Translations under genes and position numbers: made by a program
Notes under the pieces: generated by a model
Told to the model about the DNA's origin: nothing
The model's input: only the letters and a program-made list of their open reading frames with translations
The model's database searches: none
DNA from: Anaeramoeba ignava BMAN
Lineage: Eukaryota > Protista > Anaeramoebae
Direction: 5' to 3'
DNA length: 64,000 nt
NCBI GenBank assembly: GCA_028826165.1
Contig: JAPDFW010000018.1
Span: 14,682-78,681, forward strand
Part shown: positions 25,174 through 40,428 of the stretch, piece by piece
Layout: every line of letters begins with the position of its first letter
How positions within the stretch are numbered: position 1 is the first letter of the stretch

Positions 25174-28100
25174 ATGAATTTAAAAATCAATAAGATAACA
25201 ATAATAACAATAATAATACAATTAATAATAATATCAAGTTTAATAAAAGGAATTAAAAGTGATGCAACAACTTGTCAAAATAAATATGAACAAGAAATAT
25301 TTGGTGGAACAGAAGAAGGATTAGAAATGGTATTTTTAGCAACAGGAAAAGATATACCAAAAGATTTAGGAGATTACGATTTATGTAATATGCTTCCAGA
25401 TGCACATCATTGTGTAATTACTTTTGGATTTAATATAAGTGGATATGTTATTCCTTTAACTTGGGGATTTTGTTTACCTAAAGAATGTAATGAAGAATAT
25501 GCACCTTATGCTCTTGAAGTTTATATTTCTTTATTTTATTCATATGCTTCTGTTGCTGATTATCCTATTGATGTTTATTGTTCTGATACTTTTAAGAAAA
25601 ATTATTCAGTTGGAACTATAATTACTTTAATTATTATTATTCTTTTTGGATCTTTTGCTATTATTGGAACTATTTTTAAATATTTTAATATTTCTCCAAA
25701 TTCACAAAATCAATTAAAATTTAAACAAAATCAACAAAATTTCCTTAATATAAAAGATAATGAAATACAAAAAGAAACTATTCCAAAATGGAAAACTATT
25801 TTATTCAAATTTTTCAGTTTTTATTCATTACAAGTAAATTGGAAAAAACTAATTGAAAAACATCCAGATCCAAGTTTTAAACATTTAAATGGAATTCGAG
25901 CTCTTTCAATGTTTTGGATTATTTTTGGTATTTTATTTAAATAATCAAATAATAAAATAACTAAATAATCAATTAATTAAATAATTAAATAATTAAATAA
26001 TAAAATAATTAAATAATTAATTAATAAAATAATAAAATAATTAAATAATTAAATAATCAAATAATAAAATAATAAAATAATTAAAATAATTAAATAATTA
26101 AATAATTAAATAATAAAATAATTAAATAATTAAATAATAAAATAATCAATTAATCAAATAATAAAATAATAAAATAATTAAATAATAAAATAATAAAATA
26201 ATTAAATAATCAATTAATAAAATAATAAAATAATAAAATAATAAAATAATCAATTAATCAAATAATAAAATAATTAAATAATCAAATAATAAAATAATCA
26301 AATAATAAAATAAATAAAATAATAAAATAATAAAATAATTAAATAACTAAATAATTAAATGATAAAAATAATTAAATAATAAAATAATTAAATAATTAAA
26401 TAATTAAATAATAAAATAATCAAATAATCAAATAATCAAATAATCAAATAATCAAATAATCAAATAATAAAATAATCAAACAATAAAAATAATTAAATAA
26501 TAAAATAATCAAATAATTAAATATTTAAATAATTAAATAATAAAATAATTAAATAATAAAATAATCAAATAATCAAATAATATAATAATGAAATAATCAA
26601 ATAATTAAATAATCAAATAATAAAATAATAAAATAATCAAATAATATAATAATGAAATAATCAAATAATTAAATAACTAAATAATAAAATAATAAAATAA
26701 TCAAATAATCAAATAATCAAATAATCAAATAATCAAATAATGAAATAATAAAATAAAGGACACACTGTTTATATTCAAAGAGGAATTGGATATAATAATG
26801 AATTATATATATATGGAGATAAAGCGCAAATTAGTAAATGGCCATTCCAGTTTATTTTAGGAGCAGAATTTGCAGTAGATACATTTTTTTTCTTAAGTGG
26901 ACTTTTAATGGCACATTTCGCTATTGAAAAACTTCAACAACATAAATTTAATATTGGTTGTTTTTATTTCCATCGGTAATTTTATTTATTTCAAACATTT
27001 TAAATCAAATCAAATATCAAATTAAATTAAATCAAATTAAATTAAATCAAATCAAATTAAATCAAATTAAATCAAATCAAATATCAAAATTAAATATTAA
27101 ATCAAATATCAAATCAAATATCAAATCAAATATCAAATCAAATATCAAATTAAATATCAAATCAAATTAAATCAAATCAAATATTAAATCAAATCAAATC
27201 AAATCAAATTAAATTAAATTAAATATCAAATTAAATATCAAATTAAATTAAATTAAATTAAATTAAATTAAATATCAAATATCAAATATTAAATTTAATT
27301 AAAAGATTTTGGAGACTTCTTCCTTCACTTGGATTTATAATTCTTTTTTTTACTAATATTACAATGCTTTTGGGTAATGGTCCAATTTTTGGAGGACTTA
27401 AAGATTTTATTCATGATACATGTGGAAAACATTGGTATTCAAGTCTTTTATTTTTTAATAATTTTTATCCAAAAGATTTTGATGATGAATGCATAAGTAA
27501 TTATTTATTTGGAAATAAATTGGAATAAATTAGGAATAAATTGAAAATAAAATTGAAAATGAAATAAATTAGGTTGGGTTTGGTATCTTGCTAATGACAG
27601 CTCAATTCTTTGTTATAAGTCCAATTTTCTTTTATTCATTTTATTTAATGCCTTTATTTGGATTTTTAGTTGTTCTTGCTTTTATAATTACTTCTGTTGT
27701 TTTAAATTTTTGGATTGTTCATCATTGGAATATTGTTTATTATACATTTGGATCAACAGAAGAAGATTATTCAAACAAAATTTATACCAAACCATACACA
27801 AGAATTCTTCCATATCTTGCTGGATGTTTAATTGCAATGCTTTTGAATATTTTACAAAAAGTTAAAAAATCAAATGAAATTTACAAACATAATATTAATA
27901 TTAATGATAAAGATAATAATGATAAAATTGAAAAAGAAATTGATACAGATAGTGAAAATGAAGATAATCAAAAATTAACAGAAAAAACACAATTAATTGA
28001 AAGTGAAAATGAAAATTATAGAAAACAAAGAGATTGGAAAATTCAAATTATTTTTGATTATATTATTCCAATTTCAATTTTTGTTGTTAGTTTTATTTTA

Positions 28101-28511
28101 ATACTTGTTATGGTATTTGTTCCATATGATAATTATAAACATATGGGAACAAAATGGACAGTAGGTGAAAGTGCAACATATATTGGATTTTCTAAACTTA
28201 TTTGGGGACTTTCAGTTGGAGGAATTGTATTTGTTTATTCATATTATGAAGCACCAAAATGTTTAATCAAAAAATTTTTATCACTTGATTTTTGGACACC
28301 ATTAGCCAAATTAACTTATAATGCTTATTTAGTTCATCCTATTATTATGATTGTTGTTGTTTACAGTTCAAGAATTCTTTATAATTATGCAGCAATGCCT
28401 ATTTTTTATTCAACAACAGTTTATGTTATTTTAAGTTATTTTTTCTCAATGATTGTTTATTTTCTTGTTGAAAGACCATTTATGCATTTTGAACGAGAAA
28501 TTATTACGTAA
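25174..28511 (+). CDS. NRF-6-like O-acyltransferase (NRF domain + Acyl_transf_3), copy 1, 4 exons
   Basis: Signal peptide, LGDYDLC, GFCLPKEC, LNGIRALSMFWIIFGH, AVDTFFFLSG, YFHRFWRLLP, WYLAND.QFF, YTKPYTR, PLAKLTYNAYLVHP, LVERPF. Confidence 0.92.
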
Positions 28512-29008
28512 ATTATTTATTATTTATTTAATTTATTTATTAATTTATTTATTTATTTATTTATTTTATTAGATTCGTAATGAAACCAAGAAAATAATCA
28601 ATTTTTTTAATTCCAATTTTTTTAATTCCAATTTTTAATTCCAATTTTTTTAATTCCAATTCTTTCTCTTTTTCTTTTTCTTTTAATTTCAATCTTTTTA
28701 AATTCCAAATTTTTTTAATTTCAATCTTTTTTAATTCCAATTTTTTAAATTCCAATTAAGATCAATTAAAATAAAACAAAAAATAATCTTCAATTTAATT
28801 TTGATTTTATTTCAATTTTTAATTTAAATTTTATTTTAATTTATTAAATAATTCTTATTTAGAAAAAGAGAAAAAGAGAAAAAGAATTTATTTTATTTAT
28901 TTTTTGTTTGATTAATTTAATTTAATTTAAAATTATTTTTTTTTTAATTTTTTTTTTTTCAATTTTTCATTTTTTTTTTTGATTAAAAAAAGCAAAAAAA
29001 AAACAAAA

Positions 29009-32000
29009 ATGAATTTAAAAATCAATAAGATAACAATAATAACAATAATAATACAATTAATAATAATATCAAGTTTAATAAAAGGAATTAAAAGTGATGC
29101 AACAACTTGTCAAAATAAATATGAACAAGAAATATTTGGTGGAACAGAAGAAGGATTAGAAATGGTATTTTTAGCAACAGGAAAAGATATACCAACAGAT
29201 TTAGGAGATTACGATTTATGTAATATGCTTCCAGATGCACATCATTGTGTAATTACATTTGGATTTAATATAAGTGGATATGTTATTCCTTTAACTTGGG
29301 GATTTTGTTTACCTAAAGAATGTAATGAAGAATATGCACCTTATGCTCTTGAAGTTTATATTTCTCTATTTTATTCATATGCTTCTGTTGCTGATTATCC
29401 TATTGATGTTTATTGTTCTGATACTTTTAAAAAAAATTATTCAGCTGGAACTATAATTACTTTAATCATTATTGTTCTTTTTGGATCTTTTGTTATTATT
29501 GGAACTATTTTTAAATATTTCAATATTTCTCCAAATTCACAAAATCAATTAAAATTTAAACAAAATCAACAAAATTTCCTTAATATAAAAGATAATGAAA
29601 TACAAAAAGAAACTATTCCAAAATGGAAAACCATTTTATTCAAATTTTTCAGTTTTTATTCATTACAAGTAAATTGGAAAAAATTAATTGAAAAACATCC
29701 AGATCCAAGTTTTAAACATTTAAATGGAATTCGAGCTCTTTCAATGTTTTGGATTATTTTTGGTATTTTATTTAAATAATTAAATAATAAAATAATAAAA
29801 TAATCAATTAATCAAATAATAAAATAATTAAATAATAAAATAATAAAATAATTAAATAACTAAATAATCAAATAATCAAATAATTAAATAATAAAATAAT
29901 TAAATAATAAAATAATAAAATAATTAAATAATTAAATAATAAAAATAATAAAATAATTAAATAATAAAATAATTAAATAATAAAATCAAATAATCAAATA
30001 ATAAAATAATCAAATAATCAAATAATTAAATAATAAAATAATAAAATAATAAAATAATAAAATAATTAAATAATAAATAATAAAAATAATAAAATAATCA
30101 ATTAAAAAAATAATAAAATAATTAAATAATAAAATAATAAAATAATAAAATAATCAAATAATAAAATAATCAAATAATTAAATAATAAAATAATAAAATA
30201 ATTAAATAATAAAATAATAAAATAATAAAATAATAAAATAATAAAATAATTAAATAATCAAATAATAAAATAATCAAATAATTAAATAATAAAATAATTA
30301 AATAATAAAATAATTAAATAATATAATAATAAAATAATGTTAATAAAATAATTAAATAATCAAATAATAAAATAATCAAAATAATAAAATAATTAAATAA
30401 TCAAATAATAAAATAAAGGACACACTGTTTATATTCCAGTGGGAGTTGGATATAATAATGAAGCATATGTATTTGGAGATAATGGACAAATTAGTAAATG
30501 GCCATTCCAGTTTATTTTAGGAGCAGAATTTGCAGTAGATACATTTTTTTTCTTAAGTGGACTTTTAATGGCACATTTTGCTATTGAAAAACTTCAACAA
30601 CATAAATTTAATATTGGTTGTTTTTATTTCCATCGGTAATTTTATTTATTTCAAACATTTTAAATCAAATCAAATATCAAAATTAAATTAAATTAAATTA
30701 AATCAAATTAAATTAAATCAAATTAAATTAAATTAAATTAAATATCAAATTAAATTAAATCAAATCAAATAAATCAAAATCAAATCAAAATCAAATCAAA
30801 AAATCAAATATCAAATCAAATCAAATTAAATCAAATCAAATTAAATCAAATATCAAATATCAAAAATTTTCAAAATCAAATAAAGATTTTAAATAAAATT
30901 TTCAAATCAAATTCTTCCTTCACTTGGATTTATAATTCTTTTTTTTACTAATATTACAATGCTTTTGGGTAATGGCCCAGTTTTTGGTTCTATGAAAGAT
31001 TTTATTCATGATACATGTGGAAAACATTGGTATTCAAGTCTTTTATTTTTTAATAATTTTTATCCAAAAGAATTTGATGATGAATGCATAAGTAATTATT
31101 TATTTAGGAATAAATTTGAAATAAAATTGGAAATAAATTGGAAATAAAATTGGAAATAAAATTGAAAATAAATTGAAAATAAATTGAAAATAAATTTGGA
31201 ATAAATTTGAAATAAAATTGGAAATAAAATTGAAAATGAAATAAATTAGGTTGGGTTTGGTATCTTGCTAATGATACTCAATTCTTTGTTATAAGTCCAA
31301 TTTTCTTTTATTCATTTTATTTAATGCCTTTATTTGGATTTTTAGTTGTTCTTGCTTTTATAATTACTTCTGTTGTTTTAAATTTTTGGATTGTTCATCA
31401 TTGGAATATTGTTTATTATACATTTGGATCAACACAAGAAGATTATTCAAACAAAATTTATACCAAACCATACACAAGAATTCTTCCATATCTTGCTGGA
31501 TGTTTAATTGCAATGCTTTTGAATATTTTACAAAAAGTTAAAAAATCAAATGAAATTTACAAAAATAATATTAATATTAATGATAAAGATAATAATGATA
31601 ATAAAGATAAAGATAAAGATAAAGATAATAATGATAAAATTGAAAAAGAAATGGATACAGATAGTGAAAATGAAGATAATCAAAAATTAACAGAAAAAAC
31701 ACAATTAATTGAAAGTGAAAATGAAAATTATAGAAAACAAAGAGATTGGAAAATTCAAATTATTTTTGATTATATTATTCCAATTTCAATTTTTGTTGTT
31801 AGTTTTGTTTTAATACTTGTTATGGTATTTGTTCCATATGATAATTATAAACATATGGGAACAAAATGGACAGTAGGTGAAAGTGCAATATATATTGGAT
31901 TTTCTAAACTTATTTGGGGACTTTCAGTTGGAGGAATTGTATTTGTTTATTCATATTATGAAGCACCAAAATGTTTAATCAAAAAATTTTTATCACTTGA

Positions 32001-32223
32001 TTTTTGGACACCATTAGCCAAATTAACTTATAATGCTTATTTAGTTCATCCTATTATTATGATTGTTGTTTCTCAAAGTACAAGAATTCTTTATAATTAT
32101 GCAGCAATGCCTATTTTTTATTCAACAACAGTTTATGTTATTTTGAGTTATTTTTTCTCAATGATTGTTTATTTTCTTGTTGAAAGACCATTTATGCATT
32201 TTGAACGAGAAATTATTACGTAA
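29009..32223 (+). CDS. NRF-6-like O-acyltransferase, copy 2 (start of exon 3 garbled near 30885-30912)
   Basis: Near-identical paralog of copy 1 with the same intron positions. Confidence 0.88.
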
Positions 32224-32751
32224 ATTATTTATTTATTTAATTTATTTATTTATTTTTATTTATTAATTTATTTATTTTATTTATTTATTTTATAGAAACC
32301 AAGAATGAAATCAAGAAAATAATCAATTTTTAATTCAAATTCTTTTTAATTCCAATTTTTTAAATTCCAATTTTTTTTAATTCCAATTTTTAATTCCAAT
32401 TTTTTAAATTCCAATTTTTTTTAATTCCAATTCTTTCTCTTTTTCTTTTTCTTTTAATTTCAATTTTTTTAATTCCAATTTTTTTAATTCCAATTAAGAT
32501 CAATTAAAATAAAACAAAAAATAATCTTCAATTTAATTTTGATTTTATTTCAATTTTTAATTTAAATTTTATTTTAATTTATTAAATAATTCTTATTTAG
32601 AAAAAGAGAAAAAGAGAAAAAGAGAAAAAGAATTTATTTTATTTATTTTTTGTTTGATTAATTTAATTTAATTTAAAATTATTTTTTTTTAATTTTTTTT
32701 TTCAATTTTTCATTTTTTTTTTTGATTAAAAAAAGCAAAAAAAAAACAAAA

Positions 32752-35700
32752 ATGAATTTAAAAATCAATAAGATAACAATAATAACAATAATAATACAAT
32801 TAATAATAATATCAAGTTTAATAAAAGGAATTAAAAGTGATGCAACAACTTGTCAAAATAAATATGAACAAGAAATATTTGGTGGAACAGAAGAAGGATT
32901 AGAAATGGTATTTTTAGCAACAGGAAAAGATATACCAACAGATTTAGGAGATTACGATTTATGTAATATGCTTCCAGATGCACATCATTGTGTAATTACA
33001 TTTGGATTTAATATAAGTGGATATGTTATTCCTTTAACTTGGGGATTTTGTTTACCTAAAGAATGTAATGAAGAATATGCACCTTATGCTCTTGAAGTTT
33101 ATATTTCTCTATTTTATTCATATGCTTCTGTTGCTGATTATCCTATTGATGTTTATTGTTCTGATACTTTTAAAAAAAATTATTCAGCTGGAACTATAAT
33201 TACTTTAATTATTATTGTTCTTTTTGGATCTTTTGTTATTATTGGAACTATTTTTAAATATTTCAATATTTCTCCAAATTCACAAAATCAATTAAAATTT
33301 AAACAAAATCAACAAAATTTCCTTAATATACAAGATAATGAAATACAAAAAGAAACTATTCCAAAATGGAAAACTATTTTATTCAAATTTTTCAGTTTTT
33401 ATTCATTACAAATAAATTGGAAAAAATTAATTGAAAAACATCCAGATCCAAGTTTTAAACATTTAAATGGAATTCGAGCTCTTTCAATGTTTTGGATTAT
33501 TTTTGGTATTTTATTTAAATAATCAATTAATCAATTAATAAAATAATCAATTAATCAAATAATAAAATAATAAAATAATAAAATAATTAAATAATCAAAT
33601 AAATAACTAAATAATCAAATAATAAAATAATTAAATAATAAAATAATCAAATAATTAAATAATAAAATAATCAAATAATTAAATAATTAAATAATAAAAT
33701 AATCAAATAATAAAATAATTAAATAATAAAATAATTAAATAATCAAATAATCAAATAATCAAATAATTAAATAATCAATTAATCAAATAATCAAATAATT
33801 AAATAATAAAATAATAAAATAATAAAATAATAAAATAATTAAATAATATAATAATAAAATAATAAAATAATCAATTAATAAAATAATAAAATAATTAAAT
33901 AATAAAATAATAAAATAATTAAATAATCAAATAATAAAATAATTAAATAATAAATTAATAAAATAATTAAATAATCAAATAATCAAATAATAAAATAATA
34001 AAATAATTAAATAATAAAATAATTAAATAATCAAATAATAAAATAAAGGACACACTATTTATTTTCCAGCGGGAGTTGGATATAATAATGAAGCATATGT
34101 ATTTGGAGATAATGGACAAATTACCAAATGGCCATTCCAGTTTATTTTAGGAGCAGAATTTGCAGTAGATACATTTTTTTTCTTAAGTGGACTTTTAATG
34201 GCACATTTTGCTATTGAAAAACTTCAACATAATTTTAATATTGGTTGTTTTTATTTCCATCGGTAATTTTATTTATTTCAAACATTTTAAATCAAATCAT
34301 ATCAAATCAAATATCAAAATTAAATCAAATATCAAATTAAATTAAATTAAATATCAAATTAAATTAAATTAAATTAAATTAAATTAAATCAAAAATTTTT
34401 AAATTTCCATCAAATATCAAATTTAAATTAAATCAAAATTAAATTTCAAATCAAATATCAAATATCAAAATTAAATTAAATCAAAATCAAATCAAAATTT
34501 TAAATCAAATCAAATATCAAATATCAAATTAAATTAAATCAAATCAAATCAAATTAAATCAAATCAAATCAAATCAAATATTAAATCAAATCAAATATCA
34601 AATTTAATTAAAAGATTTTGGAGACTTCTTCCTTCACTTGGATTTATAATTCTTTTTTTTACTAATATTACAATGCTTTTGGGTAATGGCCCAGTTTTTG
34701 GTTCTATGAAAGATTTTATTCATGATACATGTGGAAAACATTGGTATTCAAGTCTTTTATTTTTTAATAATTTTTATCCAAAAGAATTTGATGATGAATG
34801 CATGGGTAATTAATTATTTGGGAATAAATTGGAAATAAAATTGGAAATAAAATTGAAAATAAATTGAAAATAAATTGGAAATAAATTGGAAATAAATTGA
34901 AAATAAATTGAAAATAAATTGAAAATAAATTGAAAATAAATTTGGAATAAATTTGAAATAAAATTGGAAATAAAATTGAAAATGAAATAAATTAGGTTGG
35001 GTTTGGTATCTTGCTAATGATACTCAATTCTTTGTTATAAGTCCTATTTTCTTTTATTCATTTTATTTAATGCCTTTATTTGGATTTTTAGTTGTTCTTG
35101 TTTTTATAATTACTTCTGTTGTTTTAAATTTTTGGATTGTTCATCATTGGAATATTGTTTATTATACATTTGGATCAACAAAAGATAATTACTCAAACAA
35201 AATTTACATCAAACCATACACAAGAATTCTTCCATATCTTGCTGGATGTTTAATTGCAATGCTTTTGAATATTTTACAAAAAGTTAAAAAATCAAATGAA
35301 ATTTACAAAAATAATATTAATATTAATGATAAAGATAATAATGATAATAAAGATAAAGATAATGATAAAGATAATAATGATAATATTGAAAAAGAAATTG
35401 ATACAGATAGTGAAAATGAAGATAATCAAAAATTAACAGAAAAAACACAATTAATTGAAAGTGAAAATGAAAATTATAGAAAACAAAGAGATTGGAAAAT
35501 TCAAATTATTTTTGATTATATTATTCCAATTTCAATTTTTGTTGTTAGTTTTGTTTTAATACTTGTTATGGTATTTGTTCCATATGATAATTATAAACAT
35601 ATGGGAACAAAATGGACAGTAGGTGAAAGTGCAATATATATTGGATTTTCTAAATTTATTTGGGGACTTTCAGTTGGAGGAATTGTATTTGTTTATTCAT

Positions 35701-35969
35701 ATTATGAAGCACCAAAATGTTTAATCAAAAAATTTTTATCACTTGATTTTTGGACACCATTAGCCAAATTAACTTATAATGCTTATTTAATTCATCCTAT
35801 TATTTTGATTATTGTTTCTTACAGTTCAAGAATTCTTTATAATTATGCAGCAATGCCTATTTTTTATTCAACAACAGTTTATATTATTTTGAGTTATTTT
35901 TTCTCAATGATTGTTTATTTTCTTGTTGAAAGACCATTTATGCATTTTGAACGAGAAATTATTACGTAA
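32752..35969 (+). CDS. NRF-6-like O-acyltransferase, copy 3
   Basis: Near-identical paralog with the same exon structure. Confidence 0.92.
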
Positions 35970-36150
35970 ATTATTTATTTATTTAATTTATTATTTATTT
36001 ATTTATTTATTTATTAATTTATTCAAATTATTTATTTATTTTATTAGATTCGTAATGAAACCAAGAAAATAATCAATTTTTTTAATTCAAATTTTTTTTT
36101 AATGAAGTAAAATTAGAAGATAAAAAAAGCAAATAAAAAAATTCTCAAAA

Positions 36151-39078
36151 TTATTTTTTCTTTTTTGGATTTTTTGCTAAATAAAGTTGATAATCTAACC
36201 ATTTAAAAGCTTTTGTCAAACTTGATTTTAAATGTATTGAAGTTGGAAAAACACCCCAAATTCTATTAATTGAATAAAGATTAAAATTTTCAGCAATTTT
36301 TTTTGGACTAAAAGCATTAGAAAGATCTTGTTTATGAGCTAAAATTAAAACAACACAATGAGCTAAAGTTGGTTCATTAATAAAAGTAAGAAAAAATTCT
36401 CTCGCTTCTTCCATTCTTTGGTTATCTACACTATCAACTACAAAAATAAAACCATCAGTTCCAGGATAATAATGTCTCCATAAAGGTCGAATTTTATCAC
36501 CTCCTCCAAGATCCCAAACAGTAAGTTCATTAAAGAAATTTGATGAACTTAAAGATTCAACATTAAAACCTAATTTGATTTAATTTAAATTTAATTTAAT
36601 ATTTAATTTAATTTGATTTAATTTGATTTGATTTAATATTTAATTTGATTTGATTTAATTTTAATATTTAATTTAATTTGATTTAATATTTGATTTAATT
36701 TGATTTAATATTTAATTTAATTTAATTTAATTTGATTTAATTTAATTTAATTTAATTTAATTTAATTTAATTTAATTTAATTTGATTTGATATTTAATTT
36801 AATTTAATTTGATTTGATATTTAATTTAATTTAATTTGATTTGATATTTAATTTAATTTAATTTAATTTGATTTAATTTAATTTAAATTTGATTTAATTT
36901 AATTTGATTTAATTTAATTTAATTTAATTTGATTTAATTGGAATTTGATTTAATTTAAATTTGATTCCATTTTTTAAATTTAATTTAAAAATCGAATTTG
37001 ATTTTAATTTGATTTTAATATTTAATCCAAAAATCATTTTTTTTTTCTAATTTAAATTTGATTAAATTTTTTGATTTGATTTGATTTGATTTGAAATTTT
37101 TTGATTTGAATTTGATTTGATTTGATTTAATTTAATTTGATTTAATTTAATTTGATTTAATTTAATTTAATTTGATTTAATTTGATTTGATTTAATTTGA
37201 TATTTAATTTAAATTTACCAACTGTTGGAATAGTTGTCACAATTGATCCAAGTTTTAATCTATATAAAATCGATGTTTTTCCTGATGCATCTAATCCAAA
37301 AAAAATCACTTTTGCTTCTCCAGATTTTTGCCAAAATTTCCTTTTAGGAATTTTAGAAAAATTATTTTTAGAAAGAATATTTGGATGAAAAACATAATCA
37401 TCATAAGAATAAATTTTTGAAAAATATGCCTTTTTCCATCCATAATCAAAATTTTTAGGATCATTGATAATTTTAAGATATTTTTTTTCAGGTTTTCCAA
37501 ATTGATTAATAAAAATATCTTGCCAAATCCAATTATGTGATGCAATTTTATTAAATTCCCAAGAAGTAAGTGTTAAAAGAATAATATTATTTCGAGGTAA
37601 TAATGAAAGAATTTGAATAATTTGTTCTGGTGGAAGAACCCAAAAATTCCCCAATGATTTTTTATATCGATTATCTTCTTCAATTTCTCTTTTTTCAATT
37701 TCTTTTTGTTTTTTGATTTTCTTTGAATTTTGATTTGGATTTGAATTTAATGATTCTTCTTTTTGTAATCCAATAAAACATGAATGGATCCATCCACATC
37801 CACAATCTCTAATAAAATATTCATCTGAAATATTAATTCTTATTGGTTTGTTTAATGCTTCTATTTCTTTCTCATTTGAATTTTGATATTCAATTCCAAG
37901 TTGTCCAAATTTATTCACTCCAACTGAATATCCTTTTCCTTCTGAATCTAAAAAAACACAATAACTAGCTCCATATCCTCCATTTGCAAAAATATTTGCT
38001 ATTTTCACATTGACGGGGAAAATAATCTCAATAAATTCTGATTGATTTTCTTGTTCTGGAATTCCAATAGATCTTCCTCTTCCACAAACATAAACTTTCC
38101 CTTCTTTATTCATAACAATACTTTGAACATCTCCACATTTGATATTTTTGATTTTTCCAATGTCTTTTGGTAATTCAACTAATGTCGGAATGTTTCTATC
38201 ATTTAAATCTCCCAATCCAAGCTGTCCGTTTTTGTTTTTTCCACATGAATATAATTGATTAGTTTTTGTTAATGCAATAAAATGATAACCTCCTCCATTT
38301 ATTTTTTTGATTGAATTTGATAAGTTTGAAACTATTTCAGGTTTTGATCTTGATTCATTATCACCAACTCCTAATTGTCCATTAGAATTACTTCCCCATG
38401 AATATAAATTTCCACTTTGAAAAAAATTTTTTTTTTAGGGAAAAATTAATTTAAATTGCTTTTTTTTTCTTCTTTCTTTTTTTAATTGAAAAATTTTGAT
38501 TTCTAATTCAATATTTACTTTGAATCAATAACAAAATTAAAATCACTTCCTGATGAAATTGATTTGATTTTTTCAGAAAATTCAAAATGAACAAAATCAA
38601 TTTTCTTTTTTGGATTTTGTTGAAAAAGTAAATTAGTATAAAAAACTTCTCCATTCACAAGAACAAGTAAAGATAAAGTTCCACAAGAAATCATTTGAAT
38701 ATTTTGATCAATAAAATTATCAATCGGAATAATAAATTGTGATCTTTTTTGGATTATTTTTTTATCATTTTTATTTTGAACATCAAGTTCTTTAATTTTG
38801 ATTTGATTTTCTTTTTCTTTTTCTTTTTCTTTTTGATTTTGATTTTGTTGATAACTTGGTTTTGAAGTTAAAAGAGGAATTCCCCATAATAAAATCTTTC
38901 CTGATTTAAATCCTAAAACAGTAATTGATGAACCACAAGAAATCTGAAGTATTTCATCATTATTGGAAATTTTATTAATAATTGGTGTTATGTTAATTGG
39001 TTCATAAATTATTTTTGAAGGTGTTCCTTCATAAAGAATTGCATTATTTTGATTTGAACCACAAATAAAAATATTCAT
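36151..39078 (-). CDS. RCC1-repeat + F-box + Arf-family GTPase fusion; exons 39078-38519, 38414-37219, 36569-36151
   Basis: RCC1 repeats ([15 protein letters not shown]; GVNKFGQLG), F-box ([24 protein letters not shown]) and Arf ([23 protein letters not shown]|[31 protein letters not shown]), joined in frame by GT-AG introns. Confidence 0.88.
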
Positions 39079-39104
39079 TTTGAAAAGAAAAAGAAAAAAA
39101 TGAA

Positions 39105-40025
39105 AAATTTAAAATAGAAATTAATAATAATTTATTTATAATTTATTTTAAAATTATATCAAAATATTTAATAAATTGATTAATACTTTAATATTCATTA
39201 TTCCAAAATTTATATTTTATTTATTAAATATTTTAATTTATTTTATTTCAAAATTTAAAATAGAAATTAATAATAATTTATTTATAATTTATTTTAAAAT
39301 TATATCAAAATATTTAATAAATTGATTAATGCTTTAATATTTATTATTCCAAAATTTATATTTTATTTATTAAATATTTTAATTTATTTTATTTTAAAAT
39401 TTAAAATAGAAATTAATAATAATTTATTTATAATTTATTTTAAAATTATATCAAAATATTTAATAAATTGATTAATACCTTAATATTTATTATTCCAAAA
39501 TTTATATTTTATTTATTAAATATTTTAATTTATTTTATTTTAAAATTTAAAATAAAAATTAATAATAATTTATTTATAATTCATTTTAAAATTATATCAA
39601 AATATTTAATAAATTGATTAATGCTTTATTATTTATTATTTCAAAATTTATATTTTATTTATTAAATATTTTAATTTATTTTATTTCAAAATTTAAAATA
39701 GAAATTAATAATAATTTATTTATAATTTATTTTAAAATTATATCAAAATATTTAATAAATTGATTAATGCTTTATTATTTATTATTTCAAAATTTATATT
39801 TTATTTATTAAAATATTTTAATTTATTTTATTTCAAAATTTAAAATAGAAATTAATAATAATTTATTTATAATTTATTTTAAAATTATATCAAAATATTT
39901 AATAAATTGATTAATACCTTAATATTTATTATTTCAAAATTTATATTTTATTTATAAAATATTTTAATTTATTTTATTTTAAAATTTAAAATAGAAATTA
40001 ATAATAATTTATTTATAATTTATGA
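39105..40025. repeat. AT-rich tandem repeat, ~146-bp unit, ~6 copies
   Basis: aaatttaaaatagaaattaataataatttatttataattt recurs about every 146 bp. Confidence 0.9.
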
Positions 40026-40365
40026 ATTAAAATCGTTAAAAGAATTAAAAAGAAAAATAAGAAAGAAATTAATTAAAAAAAAAAAGGAAAAATAAAATTA
40101 TCCACTTTTTCTTTATTAATTAATTAATTAAAAATAAAAATTTTTTTTCATTTTTTTTTTCATTTTCATTCTCATTTTTTTTCTTTTTAAATCATTTAAA
40201 AAGTTAATAACAAAAATAAGTAAGATTATATTCTTAATTTTTTAAAAACAAAAATAAACACAAAATAAATAACTTACTAATTTAATTTTTGTTATTTTTA
40301 TTAAATAAAAAAATCTAGCAAACAAAACAAAAACAAAAACAAAAACAAAACAAAAACAAAAAACA

Positions 40366-40413
<48 letters not shown>

Positions 40414-40428
40414 ACAAAAACAAAACAA

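Noticed and set aside
30885-30912. Inactivating lesion at the start of exon 3 in acyltransferase copy 2
   Set aside because: The garbled bases resemble the adjacent microsatellite and the rest of the copy is intact; likely an assembly error
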